Part shown: one piece after another, positions 53,680 through 63,596 of the stretch | Layout: each line of letters starts with the position of its first letter | Numbering within the stretch: the stretch's first letter is position 1 | NCBI GenBank assembly: GCA_963771075.1 | Contig: CAVYSE010000018.1 | Location: forward strand, 1-64,000 | DNA length: 64,000 nucleotides | From: a candidate division FCPU426 bacterium | GTDB lineage: Bacteria; Oederibacteriota; Muellerivitia; Muellerivitales; Muellerivitaceae | Direction: 5' to 3' | The notes under the pieces: model-generated | The model's input: the letters and a program-made list of their open reading frames with translations, nothing else | Told to the model about the DNA's origin: nothing | Database searches by the model: none | Position numbers and translations under genes: made by a program

Positions 53680-54669
53680 ATGAAAAAAATGTCCATTTAT
53701 TGTCTGATGATTTTTTTATTCCTCGCCGCCTCCGCCAGCGCGCAAACCTTCAGGCCTTTCGGCTTAAGCCTCGACCTGAACCCCCAGGGCGCAATAGGAG
53801 CATCCGGTAAACTCGGTTTCGCCCCTGGGGTGGGGGGAAGCCTATTCGCGGATTGGCGCCCGGTCTATCTCATCTCCCTGGGAACGGGCTTTTCCTATAA
53901 CACTTTTTCCGCCGACAGTTCTTTCAGCACCGCCTCCTGGAACCTGGGCGGCCGCCTCTTTCCCATTTCCTTCGGCAAAAAGGCCGAGCTTTACCTGCAG
54001 GGCACCCTGGGAATGAATTTGATGACGGCGACTTACGAGAAAGAATGGCCCGGATCTTTCCACGGAACAGCGGGGGTGGGTTACCGGAGTTATTTCAACG
54101 AAGGGAATGCCTTGGACTTGGGGGTTCAATACGACCTTTATTCGCCGCTCAAATCGCCCATGAGCGCCATAGGCATCAAGGCGGGTTGGACATTCCTATT
54201 CGGGCCGGATCTACAGCCGGCGGGGGAATCCCGGCAACCTGAAACCAAACCGGTGGCGGCCCCGGCTCCCGAACCCAAGCCCACGCCGGAATCGGTCACA
54301 ATCCAATTAACCCCGGTGGTGAAGGCTCCCCGCCATCATCGGCCCAAGTTGAAGCAGGTGGTCGAGGCGACGCCGACCCCCGAATTCACGGCCACTCCCA
54401 CCGCCTTGCCCTATAACACCTATACCCTTTCGATGGGGGACAAACTGGGTTCCGTCGCCATCGCCTTTTACGGCGAGGCGGACCTCTATCCTCTCCTGGT
54501 GGACGCGAACAAAAAAGCACTGATCAATCCCGGCGGCTTGAAACCCGGTGTTGTCCTGCGGGTTCCCGTGGATGTTTCCGATCTGGATAAGGCCGGGGCG
54601 CGGGGCAAGGCGAATGACGATAATTACACGATTTGGGAAAACGCGGTGGTGCCTCCGTCGGGGAATTAA
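53680..54669 (+). CDS. Outer-membrane beta-barrel, Pro-rich linker, LysM-like domain
   Basis: Paralog of 51811 (FADWRP, GGRLFP, YLQG..G.N, G.AG.GYR, D.G.QYD.YSP, IKAG); LysM GD.L..VA..FYG.ADLYPLLVDAN. Confidence 0.8.
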   Translation: MKKMSIYCLMIFLFLAASASAQTFRPFGLSLDLNPQGAIGASGKLGFAPGVGGSLFADWRPVYLISLGTGFSYNTFSADSSFSTASWNLGGRLFPISFGKKAELYLQGTLGMNLMTATYEKEWPGSFHGTAGVGYRSYFNEGNALDLGVQYDLYSPLKSPMSAIGIKAGWTFLFGPDLQPAGESRQPETKPVAAPAPEPKPTPESVTIQLTPVVKAPRHHRPKLKQVVEATPTPEFTATPTALPYNTYTLSMGDKLGSVAIAFYGEADLYPLLVDANKKALINPGGLKPGVVLRVPVDVSDLDKAGARGKANDDNYTIWENAVVPPSGN

Positions 54670-54805
54670 CATGAAGTTTTCATTGCCATAGGCCAAATGG
54701 CCTGATGATTGTTGTTCTTTTAGAGTTTTTTTAGTGGTCTCAGAATTTTGTCTTTGGGTGCTTGGCGGTAAAAGTACAGAGTTTAAATTTATATAGGGGG
54801 TCGAC

Positions 54806-55774
54806 GTGCTTTCTTATAAGGTGAGCCTTACGAATTTCAGGTTAATCGTTTTATCCATATTTTTCCTCATCGCAACGCAAACATGGGCTTTGGATGGGTC
54901 CTTAGCGATCCAGGGAGGCGTCGCCCAAGCCTTTCAATCCAACGGCAATTCTCTCCCCTCCAATTTCGGTCCGACGGGCTACGCTTATTTGGATTTCAAC
55001 CTCGATCCCTCTTTCTCCTTGGGCTTGGGCACGGGCCTGACGGGCCTCATGAACGGCGACCCGCGCTTGTGGGTGGATGGCACCCTTTTGCAGGGGCGCT
55101 GGTCACCCTGGGCCGGTTCCTCCTGGTCTCCTTACCTGATGGCGGGTTTTGGGTTCCGCCCCCTGCGTGACTTGATGCCCCAGCATAGTTGGTGGGATGG
55201 CAACTACCAGGGCGCGGCGGGAATTGGGCTACGCCATAACCTCATGCAGGGTATGGACCTGGACCTGACCCTGTTTTATGACATCAACTCGCCCCAACCC
55301 GACCCCTTGAACCAGGTCGGCATTAGGGCGGGGTTTGCCTTTCCTTTTGGTTCGGAATCGGCCCAGGCCGTGGCGACCCAGCCTGTAACCGCCCAAGGTG
55401 GGTCCAACCTAGTAAGAATGAGTGAAACGGAAACCACACAGCCGGAAACGGCCCAGGCAGAAACTGTGGTAGAAGCAAAGAGTCATCAAGTCTCCTCTTC
55501 CAACAATGAATCCAAAACGAATGGGGGCAGTGGCGCTCAAGCGGATGAAAGCCAAAAGTCGGGGGAGAAACCGGGCGCGGAAGCGCCTGACCAGCAATAT
55601 GTGGTGAAAAAGGGGGACTGCCTTTGGCTAATTTCACGCCACGCATACGGCCATGGCGCGCGCTGGAAAAAGATCTTTGACGCCAACGGCGATGCTATTA
55701 CCAACCCCGATTTAATCTATCCAGGCGATAGCCTTTTGATCCCGGACGGTATTAATAGAGAGGATAAAGACTAG
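54806..55774 (+). CDS. Outer-membrane beta-barrel, low-complexity linker, LysM domain
   Basis: Barrel ending IRAGFAFPFG; LysM YVVKKGDCLWLIS...YG....W.KIF.AN...I.NPDLIYPG..L.IP. Confidence 0.85.
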   Translation: MLSYKVSLTNFRLIVLSIFFLIATQTWALDGSLAIQGGVAQAFQSNGNSLPSNFGPTGYAYLDFNLDPSFSLGLGTGLTGLMNGDPRLWVDGTLLQGRWSPWAGSSWSPYLMAGFGFRPLRDLMPQHSWWDGNYQGAAGIGLRHNLMQGMDLDLTLFYDINSPQPDPLNQVGIRAGFAFPFGSESAQAVATQPVTAQGGSNLVRMSETETTQPETAQAETVVEAKSHQVSSSNNESKTNGGSGAQADESQKSGEKPGAEAPDQQYVVKKGDCLWLISRHAYGHGARWKKIFDANGDAITNPDLIYPGDSLLIPDGINREDKD

Positions 55775-55974
55775 GGGTGGGGTTTCATTGATAGGATTAC
55801 CCCATGACGGTTTATAATTTGCTTGGATTTAAAGGCAAATCGGGGCTCTTAGCGATAAAATAAAAGGAATTCGGTAAATAACAAGTACTCACCGCGAAGA
55901 CGCGAAGAACACAAAGAAAACGTGGATTTGGTTGAAAGAAATGGCATGGTGAAATCTTGGAGGTTTTGCAGACG

Positions 55975-56751
55975 ATGAATCAACATCTTAACAACGCACA
56001 AAAAAAAGCAGCAGGCTTCATTGTCCTACAACTCATCCTGGCCATGATCTTCGCCCCGGTGGTACCGGCCTGGGCGGTGGAGGCGGCGAAAGATAAAACC
56101 ACCCAATCGGCGAAGGCTGAGTCCACTTCCCTTGAAAGCGACTACCCTCAATTGGTCATCGGCCCAGGTGACTTGCTGGTAATACAGGTCTATGGGGAAA
56201 ACGCCTCGACCTTCGGCAGTTCCGCCGCGGGCTCAAGTATCAACACACAATTGCCGACTAGCTACCAGGTGGACACGGAAGGGGTCATCGTATTTCCATT
56301 TTTAGGACGCGTGAAATTGGCGGGCCTGACGCCCACCGAGGCTAGTGAAAAGATCGCGATGTTGCTTTCCAAACCCCGCAAGGTGACGGTGCTCATCCAG
56401 ACCTCCAATACCTATTGGGTGTCGATCATGGGCAATGTGGCCCGGCCGGGCAAGTACCAGATCTTGGGACGGCCCACGGTCTTGTCGGCCCTGGCGGAAG
56501 CGGGTGGCCCCCTGCCTGGTTCGGACTTGGGTGGAACGATTCTTTTGCACAACGACAATCGAATCAAGTTGGATTTCAATGCCTATTTCACGGGTGAAGG
56601 AAAGATCGAAAAAGAGCCTTATCTTTATCCAGGAGACGTTTTGATGATCCAGAGAAGCCCATGGCCCGACTTGGGAAGTATCGCTATCGTGGCTTCCATC
56701 CTGGCCAGCGCGGCCATAGTGACGGTTGAATTGAGCAATCTGCATCATTGA
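55975..56751 (+). CDS. Polysaccharide export OPX protein (Wza-like; Poly_export + SLBB)
   Basis: IGPGD.L.I.VYG, V...G.I.FPFLG.V..AGLT, GNV.RPG.Y, AL.EAGG, L.PGD; C-terminal hydrophobic helix; GGAGG RBS. Confidence 0.88.
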   Translation: MNQHLNNAQKKAAGFIVLQLILAMIFAPVVPAWAVEAAKDKTTQSAKAESTSLESDYPQLVIGPGDLLVIQVYGENASTFGSSAAGSSINTQLPTSYQVDTEGVIVFPFLGRVKLAGLTPTEASEKIAMLLSKPRKVTVLIQTSNTYWVSIMGNVARPGKYQILGRPTVLSALAEAGGPLPGSDLGGTILLHNDNRIKLDFNAYFTGEGKIEKEPYLYPGDVLMIQRSPWPDLGSIAIVASILASAAIVTVELSNLHH

Positions 56752-56769
56752 AAAATAGGAAAAACTAAC

Positions 56770-58482
56770 ATGGAATTGAATAACATGAATGTTTCCCAAG
56801 ATCTAATTGTTACGAATAGTTCCGCTTTTAGTGATGACCAGGAACTTAACCTACGTGACGTTTTACGGGTGGTTCTTTCACATTCCAGGTTCATAGGATT
56901 GGTGACGCTAAGTGCAATCACTTTGGCATTACTTTACGCCTTCTTCTGGCCCAAAACCTACGAAGCCACCACGACCGTCAAGGTACCTGACATGTCCCAA
57001 AGCGCCCAGGGTATGTTGCGTCAGCTTGTTCCCTCGTCCAGCGGTGATCCCGTAGAAACCTATGTTCAAATCTGCCGATCCGAATCGGTGGCTACCCAAG
57101 TGGTAAAAGAGTTAAATCTATCAGCTCGACCCGAATATGGACATTTGACAGAGACTCAGCTTAAACAAACCCTTCCCAATTCCTTAACCATCACAAACGT
57201 ACTAAAAACAAATATTATTTCAATTTCCGCTCGTTCGGGCGATCCCAAGCTCGCCGCTGATCTTGCCAATAGTTGGGCCCAGGCCTTTATCGATGTCAAT
57301 TTGGACCTTTCCCATAAGGGGGCCGAGTCCAAAAGGGAATTCCTTGAAGGCCAGGCCAAAGAGATGAAAGAACGACTCACCAACCCGGATCTTCGGTTGA
57401 ACGACGAGTCCAAGGCCGATGAGATCATCTACGCCCAGCTTTTGCAGGCCCTTCAGCAAGCCCAGATTGAGTCCAAGGTTAATGACGCGGGTATCGTGGT
57501 GGTGGATAACGCGGTGGTTCCCGAACACCCGATTTCTCCCAAAAAAACCAGATCCCTTTTACTAGGACTTCTTCTGGGACTCTTAATCGGCATACAAGGC
57601 GCTTTTTTATTGGAAAAATTCCAGGATCGAGTTAAGAACGAAGATCTTTTCAAACGTGTCACGGGTCTCCCGCTTTTTGGCATTGTGCCGGATTTCCGTG
57701 AGGATTACCCCGAAGGTATGGGCTTACCTGAAACCCAAGAAAGGTTCAGCCCGAAATATCTCATCATTAACCCCATATTCAAACATTCGTTTTATCATGA
57801 GAGTTTTAACATCCTTCGGACAAACCTTACCTTTGCCCAGGCGGGCAAACCCCTAAAGGCGTTGGGGGTATTTTCCCCGGGCCCCGAGGAAGGTAAGACG
57901 CTGGTCAACGCAAACCTTTCATTAGCTTTAGCCCAGATCGGCAAAAGGGTCTTGTTGGTGGACGCGGACTTGAGAAAGTCATCGGTTCGAAAGATCTTTG
58001 GGCTCGAAAACGGTATGGAAACCGGCTTGCCCCTGGCCCTCACTGGCCAAAAACCATGGAAAGACATGGTGAGGCCTTCAGGGGTGGAAAATCTCGACCT
58101 CCTACCCAATACCGTTAATCCGCCCAACCCCGCCGAGCTTTTGGGAAGCCCGACCATGAAAATGCTCATTGAGGAGATGAAGGAAAAGTATGATTTCCTG
58201 GTATTCGATGGAGCTCCCGTATTGGCGGTGACCGATTCGGTCGTCCTTTCCACCCTTTTAGACGGGGTGGTAGTGATGGCACGATTTAACCTAAGCCGGT
58301 CTTCAAATATTTATCGAGCCATAGAACATTTACGCCGGGTCCGAACCAATGTGGTGGGCACGATTTTGAATTATGTGCCGATGAGAAAAAGTCTCTACAG
58401 TTATGGCTATGGGTATGGTTATGGGTATGGTTACGGCAAATACAAATACGCGTATAAAGAAGAACCCAAAAAAGACCGTTAA
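56770..58482 (+). CDS. Polysaccharide co-polymerase / BY-kinase (Wzc-like)
   Basis: Wzz-like N-terminus, P..P.SPK before TM2, Walker A SPGPEEGKT, VLLVDADLR, PPNPAELL, C-terminal YGYGYGYGYG tyrosine cluster. Confidence 0.92.
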   Translation: MELNNMNVSQDLIVTNSSAFSDDQELNLRDVLRVVLSHSRFIGLVTLSAITLALLYAFFWPKTYEATTTVKVPDMSQSAQGMLRQLVPSSSGDPVETYVQICRSESVATQVVKELNLSARPEYGHLTETQLKQTLPNSLTITNVLKTNIISISARSGDPKLAADLANSWAQAFIDVNLDLSHKGAESKREFLEGQAKEMKERLTNPDLRLNDESKADEIIYAQLLQALQQAQIESKVNDAGIVVVDNAVVPEHPISPKKTRSLLLGLLLGLLIGIQGAFLLEKFQDRVKNEDLFKRVTGLPLFGIVPDFREDYPEGMGLPETQERFSPKYLIINPIFKHSFYHESFNILRTNLTFAQAGKPLKALGVFSPGPEEGKTLVNANLSLALAQIGKRVLLVDADLRKSSVRKIFGLENGMETGLPLALTGQKPWKDMVRPSGVENLDLLPNTVNPPNPAELLGSPTMKMLIEEMKEKYDFLVFDGAPVLAVTDSVVLSTLLDGVVVMARFNLSRSSNIYRAIEHLRRVRTNVVGTILNYVPMRKSLYSYGYGYGYGYGYGKYKYAYKEEPKKDR

Positions 58483-58485
58483 AAA

Positions 58486-60093
58486 ATGACGACTTTACCC
58501 CTCCATTTGATTTTTTTCCTTTCCCTTGGTTTGAGCTTAATTTTTACGCCTTTATTTATAATCTTGGCTAGGCGTCTCAAGATCGTAGATCAGCCGGCAC
58601 ACCGTAAAATACATAAAGAACCTGTTTCTTATTTGGGTGGTATCGCGATTTTTTTATCTTTGATATTTTCTGTGGCGACGGTCTTCTTTTTTTATCCCGA
58701 TTTAAGTAATTCCATTACTTCGGGCGGATATTTGAAGCTCGTCTTTATCCTGGGACCCACTTTTGGTATCACCCTGGTCGGCCTTTGGGACGACATTAAG
58801 GACATCAGTCCACGTTACAAATTCATGGGCCAACTCTTATTTGTATTGGCCATCGCTTTTTTCGGATTTCGGTTTGAAGTGATTCATTTGCCGGGCCTAT
58901 CGCCCGTGAGCATGAGCTTATTAAGCGTACCCGTGACGGTTTTTTGGATCCTATCGGTTGTTACTGCTTTCAATATGGTTGATGGTGTCGACGGTCTTGC
59001 GTCCAGTTTAATGATAGGATCATTAACCCTTTTGGCAGGGGCTTCCGCCCTATTAGGCAACCGCCTCGAGCTGATGCTTTCTTTGGGAGGTTTGGGTGCG
59101 GTTTTGGGCTTTATCCCTTTTAATTGGAAACCTGCCAAAATTTACCTGGGAGACGCGGGTTCCTCGGGGATGGGCATGTTTTTGGCTTGTTCGTTAGTCG
59201 CCTTGGGACAGGATTATGGGGTACCCTATTCGTCCAAAAGCACACCTTATTTTGGTCAACCGTTTTATTATCAAATCCTCATCGTCACTTTGATCGTGGC
59301 TTATCCGGCCATGGAGATCATCCTTTCCGTCACCCGGCGCATGGTCAGGGGCAAACCAATCTGGCGGGCGGATAAGGGACATATCCACCACCGTTTGAAA
59401 ATTTTGGGATGGAAAGCCCCGTCGATATGTCTCTTTGCCCTGGGGCTCTCCTTGCTTCCCGGTCTAGCCGCTTTTTCCATCATCGCCCAATACCACGGCT
59501 GGGCTGCGGTTTGTTTGCTCCTATATGGAATGGTCTTAGGCGTGACCCTGCCCGCGCTTGGTTTTTTCGACATCTTCAAACCCCACCTCATTGAGCGATT
59601 GAAACCCCATTACCAGATCGCCCACCATTTCATCGCCATGCAAAAGATCAAGCTAGACCTGGCGAAGAACCGTGAGAATGTCTTAACCCTGGTGGGCCAA
59701 ACCTGCCACGAATTGGGTGTGAAGGGCATCCATATCCTGGTTCTGCCCGACGAGCGCCAGAGGGGTGGTCTCGATTTTTGCCACGGGACCCATTCGGTAA
59801 GGTTGGGGGCCCTCTCGAAAGAGCCAAAAGGGACTTTCGATAAATTGAGACTTCCGAAGGGACAGGGCGGGGCGGAATGGATGTTCGAGCCCAAGGCCGT
59901 TGAGGAAGAACTGGATGTGGAATACAAGGTATTGGTCAGCGAATTCATTAAAGAAGTCATGGAAACTCTTCTTCGGATGGGTCATAACGAACCGACCCTT
60001 GAATATTCGGACCTGTCGGATTCAATGACCTTTTCTCACGACCATGTCAGCGGCCATTCTTTACGGAAAGGTTCCAGCGCCAAGTTGAATTAA
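58486..60093 (+). CDS. WecA/MraY-family polyprenyl-P HexNAc-1-P transferase with C-terminal extension
   Basis: D.P..RK.H..P...LGG, GLWDD, AFNMVDGVDG, FNW.PAKIYLGDAGS, D.GHIHH; about 170-aa extra soluble C-terminal domain. Confidence 0.9.
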   Translation: MTTLPLHLIFFLSLGLSLIFTPLFIILARRLKIVDQPAHRKIHKEPVSYLGGIAIFLSLIFSVATVFFFYPDLSNSITSGGYLKLVFILGPTFGITLVGLWDDIKDISPRYKFMGQLLFVLAIAFFGFRFEVIHLPGLSPVSMSLLSVPVTVFWILSVVTAFNMVDGVDGLASSLMIGSLTLLAGASALLGNRLELMLSLGGLGAVLGFIPFNWKPAKIYLGDAGSSGMGMFLACSLVALGQDYGVPYSSKSTPYFGQPFYYQILIVTLIVAYPAMEIILSVTRRMVRGKPIWRADKGHIHHRLKILGWKAPSICLFALGLSLLPGLAAFSIIAQYHGWAAVCLLLYGMVLGVTLPALGFFDIFKPHLIERLKPHYQIAHHFIAMQKIKLDLAKNRENVLTLVGQTCHELGVKGIHILVLPDERQRGGLDFCHGTHSVRLGALSKEPKGTFDKLRLPKGQGGAEWMFEPKAVEEELDVEYKVLVSEFIKEVMETLLRMGHNEPTLEYSDLSDSMTFSHDHVSGHSLRKGSSAKLN

Positions 60094-60264
60094 GGCAGGC
60101 CGGTAGACATGGCGATGGAAATTTGAGCAGGGATGGGTAGAATGTCCGGAACAATGCCGGTGTATAAACTTTTTATGAACTCCCTTTCTGATACCCCTCA
60201 ATAAATTTTTTAAATTCTTTCTCCTTTAAATATTCCAAGCCCGGTCACTTATTCCTTTTTTTCT

Positions 60265-60281
60265 GGGGGGGGGGGGGGGGG
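60265..60281. repeat. Poly-G tract (G17)
   Basis: 17 consecutive G about 70 bp upstream of the STAS gene. Confidence 0.9.
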
Positions 60282-60353
60282 AATACTGAAAACTTTAAAA
60301 AAATTTTTGGCTTAGGTTATAAAAGTCCCGAGTTTTTGTTTTCTGAAGGAATC

Positions 60354-60710
60354 ATGGAAAAAATTTCAGTTCACATTACCGGCCATGCCCAAAATAAAGA
60401 CATCACCCTGCTTTCCGTGAAGGGGCATATCGACACCCTCACCGCCCCGGAACTAGAAAAAAAGCTCCTTTCGGCGTTGACGGATAAAAAATTTAAATTA
60501 ATCGTCGACTTGAATGAGGTTGATTATATCAGCAGCGCGGGTTGGGGTATTTTTATCAGCGAGATCAAACATATTCGCGGACAAAAAGGGGATTTGGTGC
60601 TTGTGGGAATGAAATCCGAGGTCTCGGAAGTGTTCGAGCTTCTGGAATTTAACAGTATTATGAAGTCATTCCCCGATGTCGAAAGCGCGATCAAAAAGAG
60701 TTTTAGTTGA
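60354..60710 (+). CDS. STAS-domain anti-sigma-factor antagonist
   Basis: G.ID..TAPELE, LIVDL..VDYISSAG.G, V.EVFELL; AAGGA RBS before ATG 60354. Confidence 0.92.
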   Translation: MEKISVHITGHAQNKDITLLSVKGHIDTLTAPELEKKLLSALTDKKFKLIVDLNEVDYISSAGWGIFISEIKHIRGQKGDLVLVGMKSEVSEVFELLEFNSIMKSFPDVESAIKKSFS

Positions 60711-60784
60711 ATGAGGCACTGAGGAAACATCCGACGCTTTTTAACTCATTTTGAAGGTTCAATCCTAAGTGCGGGAGATTTTTT

Positions 60785-61465
60785 ATGAAAGGTTTCACCG
60801 GTTTTTGTTTCGGTTGTTGTTTTATGATGCTGCCATTGGTCGTTTCCGCCGGAGAATCCTTCGACGGCTTTTGGGATTTTTCAGCCCAGGGCGCCTTGGG
60901 CTACGGGCTTAGCGGGAAGGGGAATGGAATTGAAGGAGGGCTCTCTCTTTCGTTGGAACGCAGGCTGATTAAGGAATTGTCGCTTGGACTTGAGACTGGT
61001 TTTTTCGGGACCGGTGCGAATGGCGGTTTTTTCGCCGACTCGTTGGATTTAATGGGACATGTTTTTCCCTTTCCTGACAAAAAAGATAATTGAACTCCCT
61101 TTTTGGCCGGGGGAGCGGGTTACCGGCCCTTATACGGCTTAGACAACGCCTGGAAAGGCGAATTCAACGCATACGGTGGAGTGGGTGTGAGAAAGCCGTT
61201 AGATTCCTCGATGTCGCTTGACTTGGGGGTTAATTACCAATTTTTTACCCCGGTGAGCAGTCCTTTCCAAGCCATTGAAGCGCGGTTCGGTTTGGTTTGG
61301 TCCTTTGGGAAAGCGAAACCGAACTCCACTTCCCAATTGAAACCGCAAATCAAGACGTCGACCACGACTACAATCACAACCACCACAACCCTCACCAAGA
61401 CCCGAACCAAGGCTAAGACACATTCACAAACCCAGATGTCGACCCCGATCCCAGTAAATCATTGA
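60785..61465 (+). pseudogene. Outer-membrane beta-barrel paralog interrupted by an in-frame TGA
   Basis: ORFs 60785-61093 and 61103-61465 are in the same frame. Read-through N*TPFLAGGAGYRPL aligns with SWSPYLMAGFGFRPL of 54806, so TGA stands at a Trp position. Confidence 0.8.
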
Positions 61466-61637
61466 GGAAAAGCGGATTGATTGAACAAAAGACCGCATCA
61501 TCTAAAAATCTTGCTGAGAAAAAGTTCAAAAAAGTCCTAAAGGAATCAGTGAAAAAAATATAAGTTTTGATTTTGAAATAAGATGTTAACTGCCTAATCT
61601 CTAACTTATATTTCCGAATTTAAGTACTTGGTGCCCA

Positions 61638-63236
61638 ATGAAATCTTTCCAACTTCAACTCATCTTCCTCGGCTCTCTGGTCTTGTCCCTTACTTTGACG
61701 CCTCTCTTCACCCGACTCGCCCGGCACTGGGGGCTCGTGGACCGTCCGGCCCACCGGAAAACACATAAAGAACCCGTTCCTTACCTGGGAGGGGTAGCTC
61801 TTTTTACCTCCGTCATCCTTGTTTCCTTCCTCGTTTTCGGCCTGGGCTTGTATTTGGGACAACCCCTAATCAACCGGGGTTTCTTTAAAGCCCTTTTTAT
61901 CCTGGGTGCCACCCTTGGAATGGTGCTGGTGGGTTTATGGGACGATGTTAAAAATATTCGGCCTCGTTATAAGTTGATCGGACAGGTTCTGTTGGCCCTC
62001 TTCTTCACCCTTTTCGGTTTTTCCTTCCAAATCCTGCACTTGCCGGGACTGCCGCCGGTGCACTTGGGGCTTCTTTGCGTGCCCGTGACAGTCTTTTGGA
62101 TCGTCTCGATAGTCAACGCCTTCAATATGATTGACGGTGTGGATGGTCTGGCGGCGACTGTTGGCGCCGGTTCCCTCATTCTTTTGGCGGTGGCCTCCGC
62201 CTTGGTGGGGAACGGCATGGAATTGTTGTTGGCGGTGACTGTCCTGGGTGCGGTCATTGGATTCCTGGTTTATAACTGGAAGCCTGCAAAGATTTACCTG
62301 GGTGACGCTGGTTCGGGGGGATTAGGCATGTTCTTGGCCTGCGCCTTGGTGGCCTTGGGACAAACCTATGGACAATCTTCCTCCGATCCTGAGGCAAGAA
62401 GTTTGGGCCAGCCTTTCTTTTACCAGATCCTCATCGTCACCCTCCTTCTCGCCTATCCGGCCTTGGAAATAATCTTGTCCGTGGCCCGCCGTCTTTTCCA
62501 TGGACGTCCCATTTCCAGCGCCGACCGGGGGCACATCCATCATCGTTTGCTCAAGGCCGGATGGCGCTCCAAGGGCGTTTGCCTGACGGCGTTGCTTTTG
62601 ACCCTCCTGCCGGGCATGGGCGCCCTTGCCACAATTGCCAACTACCACGGTTTGGCCACCTGGCTTCTGTCCATCTATGGTGTCATCCTCGGCTTGGGCC
62701 TTTCCAACCTGGGCTTCCTCGACTTCCTTAACCCAAAAGTAGTGGAACGCTTAAAGCCCCATTACCAGATCGCCCATTATTTTATTTCCATGCAAAAGCT
62801 TAAACTCACCCTGGTGGCAACCCGGGAAGACGTCCTGACCCTCGTCAACAAGGCCTGCCAGGAGATGGGAGTGAAAAGCTACCGGCTCATCGTGAGGGCG
62901 GACGAAAAAAGGAAGGGTGGTTTGGACTATACCTACCAATGGGACCCGGCCCGCCAACCGGGGACGGAGGGGGACATTGCCGGTTCCACGGATAGCGTCC
63001 GTCTTCCGGGAGGTTTGGGTGGGGCGGAGTGGGTGTTCGCCCCCCCCACCGATGAGGAAGAACTGGATATGGAATACCGTGTTCTTATCAGCGAATTCAT
63101 GAGGGAAGCCCTCCGAGCCGCCTTGCGATTGGGCAAACACAAGGCCACCCTCGAAATACCCAGCGTCGCGGCCTTATCGGCCAGGACTATCAGCGGACAC
63201 CACTTGCGCAAGCGCCATACCGCGAAGCTGAATTAA
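61638..63236 (+). CDS. WecA/MraY-family transferase with C-terminal extension (paralog 2)
   Basis: Same motifs as 58486-60093 and full-length colinear with it, including the C-terminal SGH.LRK...AKLN. Confidence 0.9.
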   Translation: MKSFQLQLIFLGSLVLSLTLTPLFTRLARHWGLVDRPAHRKTHKEPVPYLGGVALFTSVILVSFLVFGLGLYLGQPLINRGFFKALFILGATLGMVLVGLWDDVKNIRPRYKLIGQVLLALFFTLFGFSFQILHLPGLPPVHLGLLCVPVTVFWIVSIVNAFNMIDGVDGLAATVGAGSLILLAVASALVGNGMELLLAVTVLGAVIGFLVYNWKPAKIYLGDAGSGGLGMFLACALVALGQTYGQSSSDPEARSLGQPFFYQILIVTLLLAYPALEIILSVARRLFHGRPISSADRGHIHHRLLKAGWRSKGVCLTALLLTLLPGMGALATIANYHGLATWLLSIYGVILGLGLSNLGFLDFLNPKVVERLKPHYQIAHYFISMQKLKLTLVATREDVLTLVNKACQEMGVKSYRLIVRADEKRKGGLDYTYQWDPARQPGTEGDIAGSTDSVRLPGGLGGAEWVFAPPTDEEELDMEYRVLISEFMREALRAALRLGKHKATLEIPSVAALSARTISGHHLRKRHTAKLN

Positions 63237-63404
63237 GGTAAGGAAAACGGGAAATGGATCATGGGGCCTAGGATTACACTGACACCCCCCTACCGGGCGA
63301 TTATTTCAGTAGAATGAGGCTTATCGGGGATCAACAGAAATAGAAAGCGGGCATCAGGTTTTTGTATGTTTAGAATAAGGTTTTAAAATAACCAGGAATA
63401 AAAA

Positions 63405-63596
63405 ATGGAAAAAAATGACAGGCTATTGCCCCGTTTAAAAAACTTATTTGGGAATGCTGTTATTATTTTGGTTTATGTCGCATTTTTCCCTTTTGTGTGT
63501 TTTTTGTTTTTGGTTTTGTTGATTATTTATTCTTTCTCTCTTTTAAGACCTAAGAAAGAACCCTCCTATAGTGGGTTCGACGATTCATACTTCTAA
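63405..63596 (+). CDS. Small hypothetical membrane protein
   Basis: 63-aa AT-rich ORF with a hydrophobic core and AGGA upstream; could be spurious. Confidence 0.3.
   Translation: MEKNDRLLPRLKNLFGNAVIILVYVAFFPFVCFLFLVLLIIYSFSLLRPKKEPSYSGFDDSYF

Noticed and set aside
61091..61093. Alternative genetic code (TGA = Trp or Gly)
   Set aside because: pyrR, pyrB and the shifted carB frame end at TGA at their expected lengths, and TGG is used for Trp throughout.
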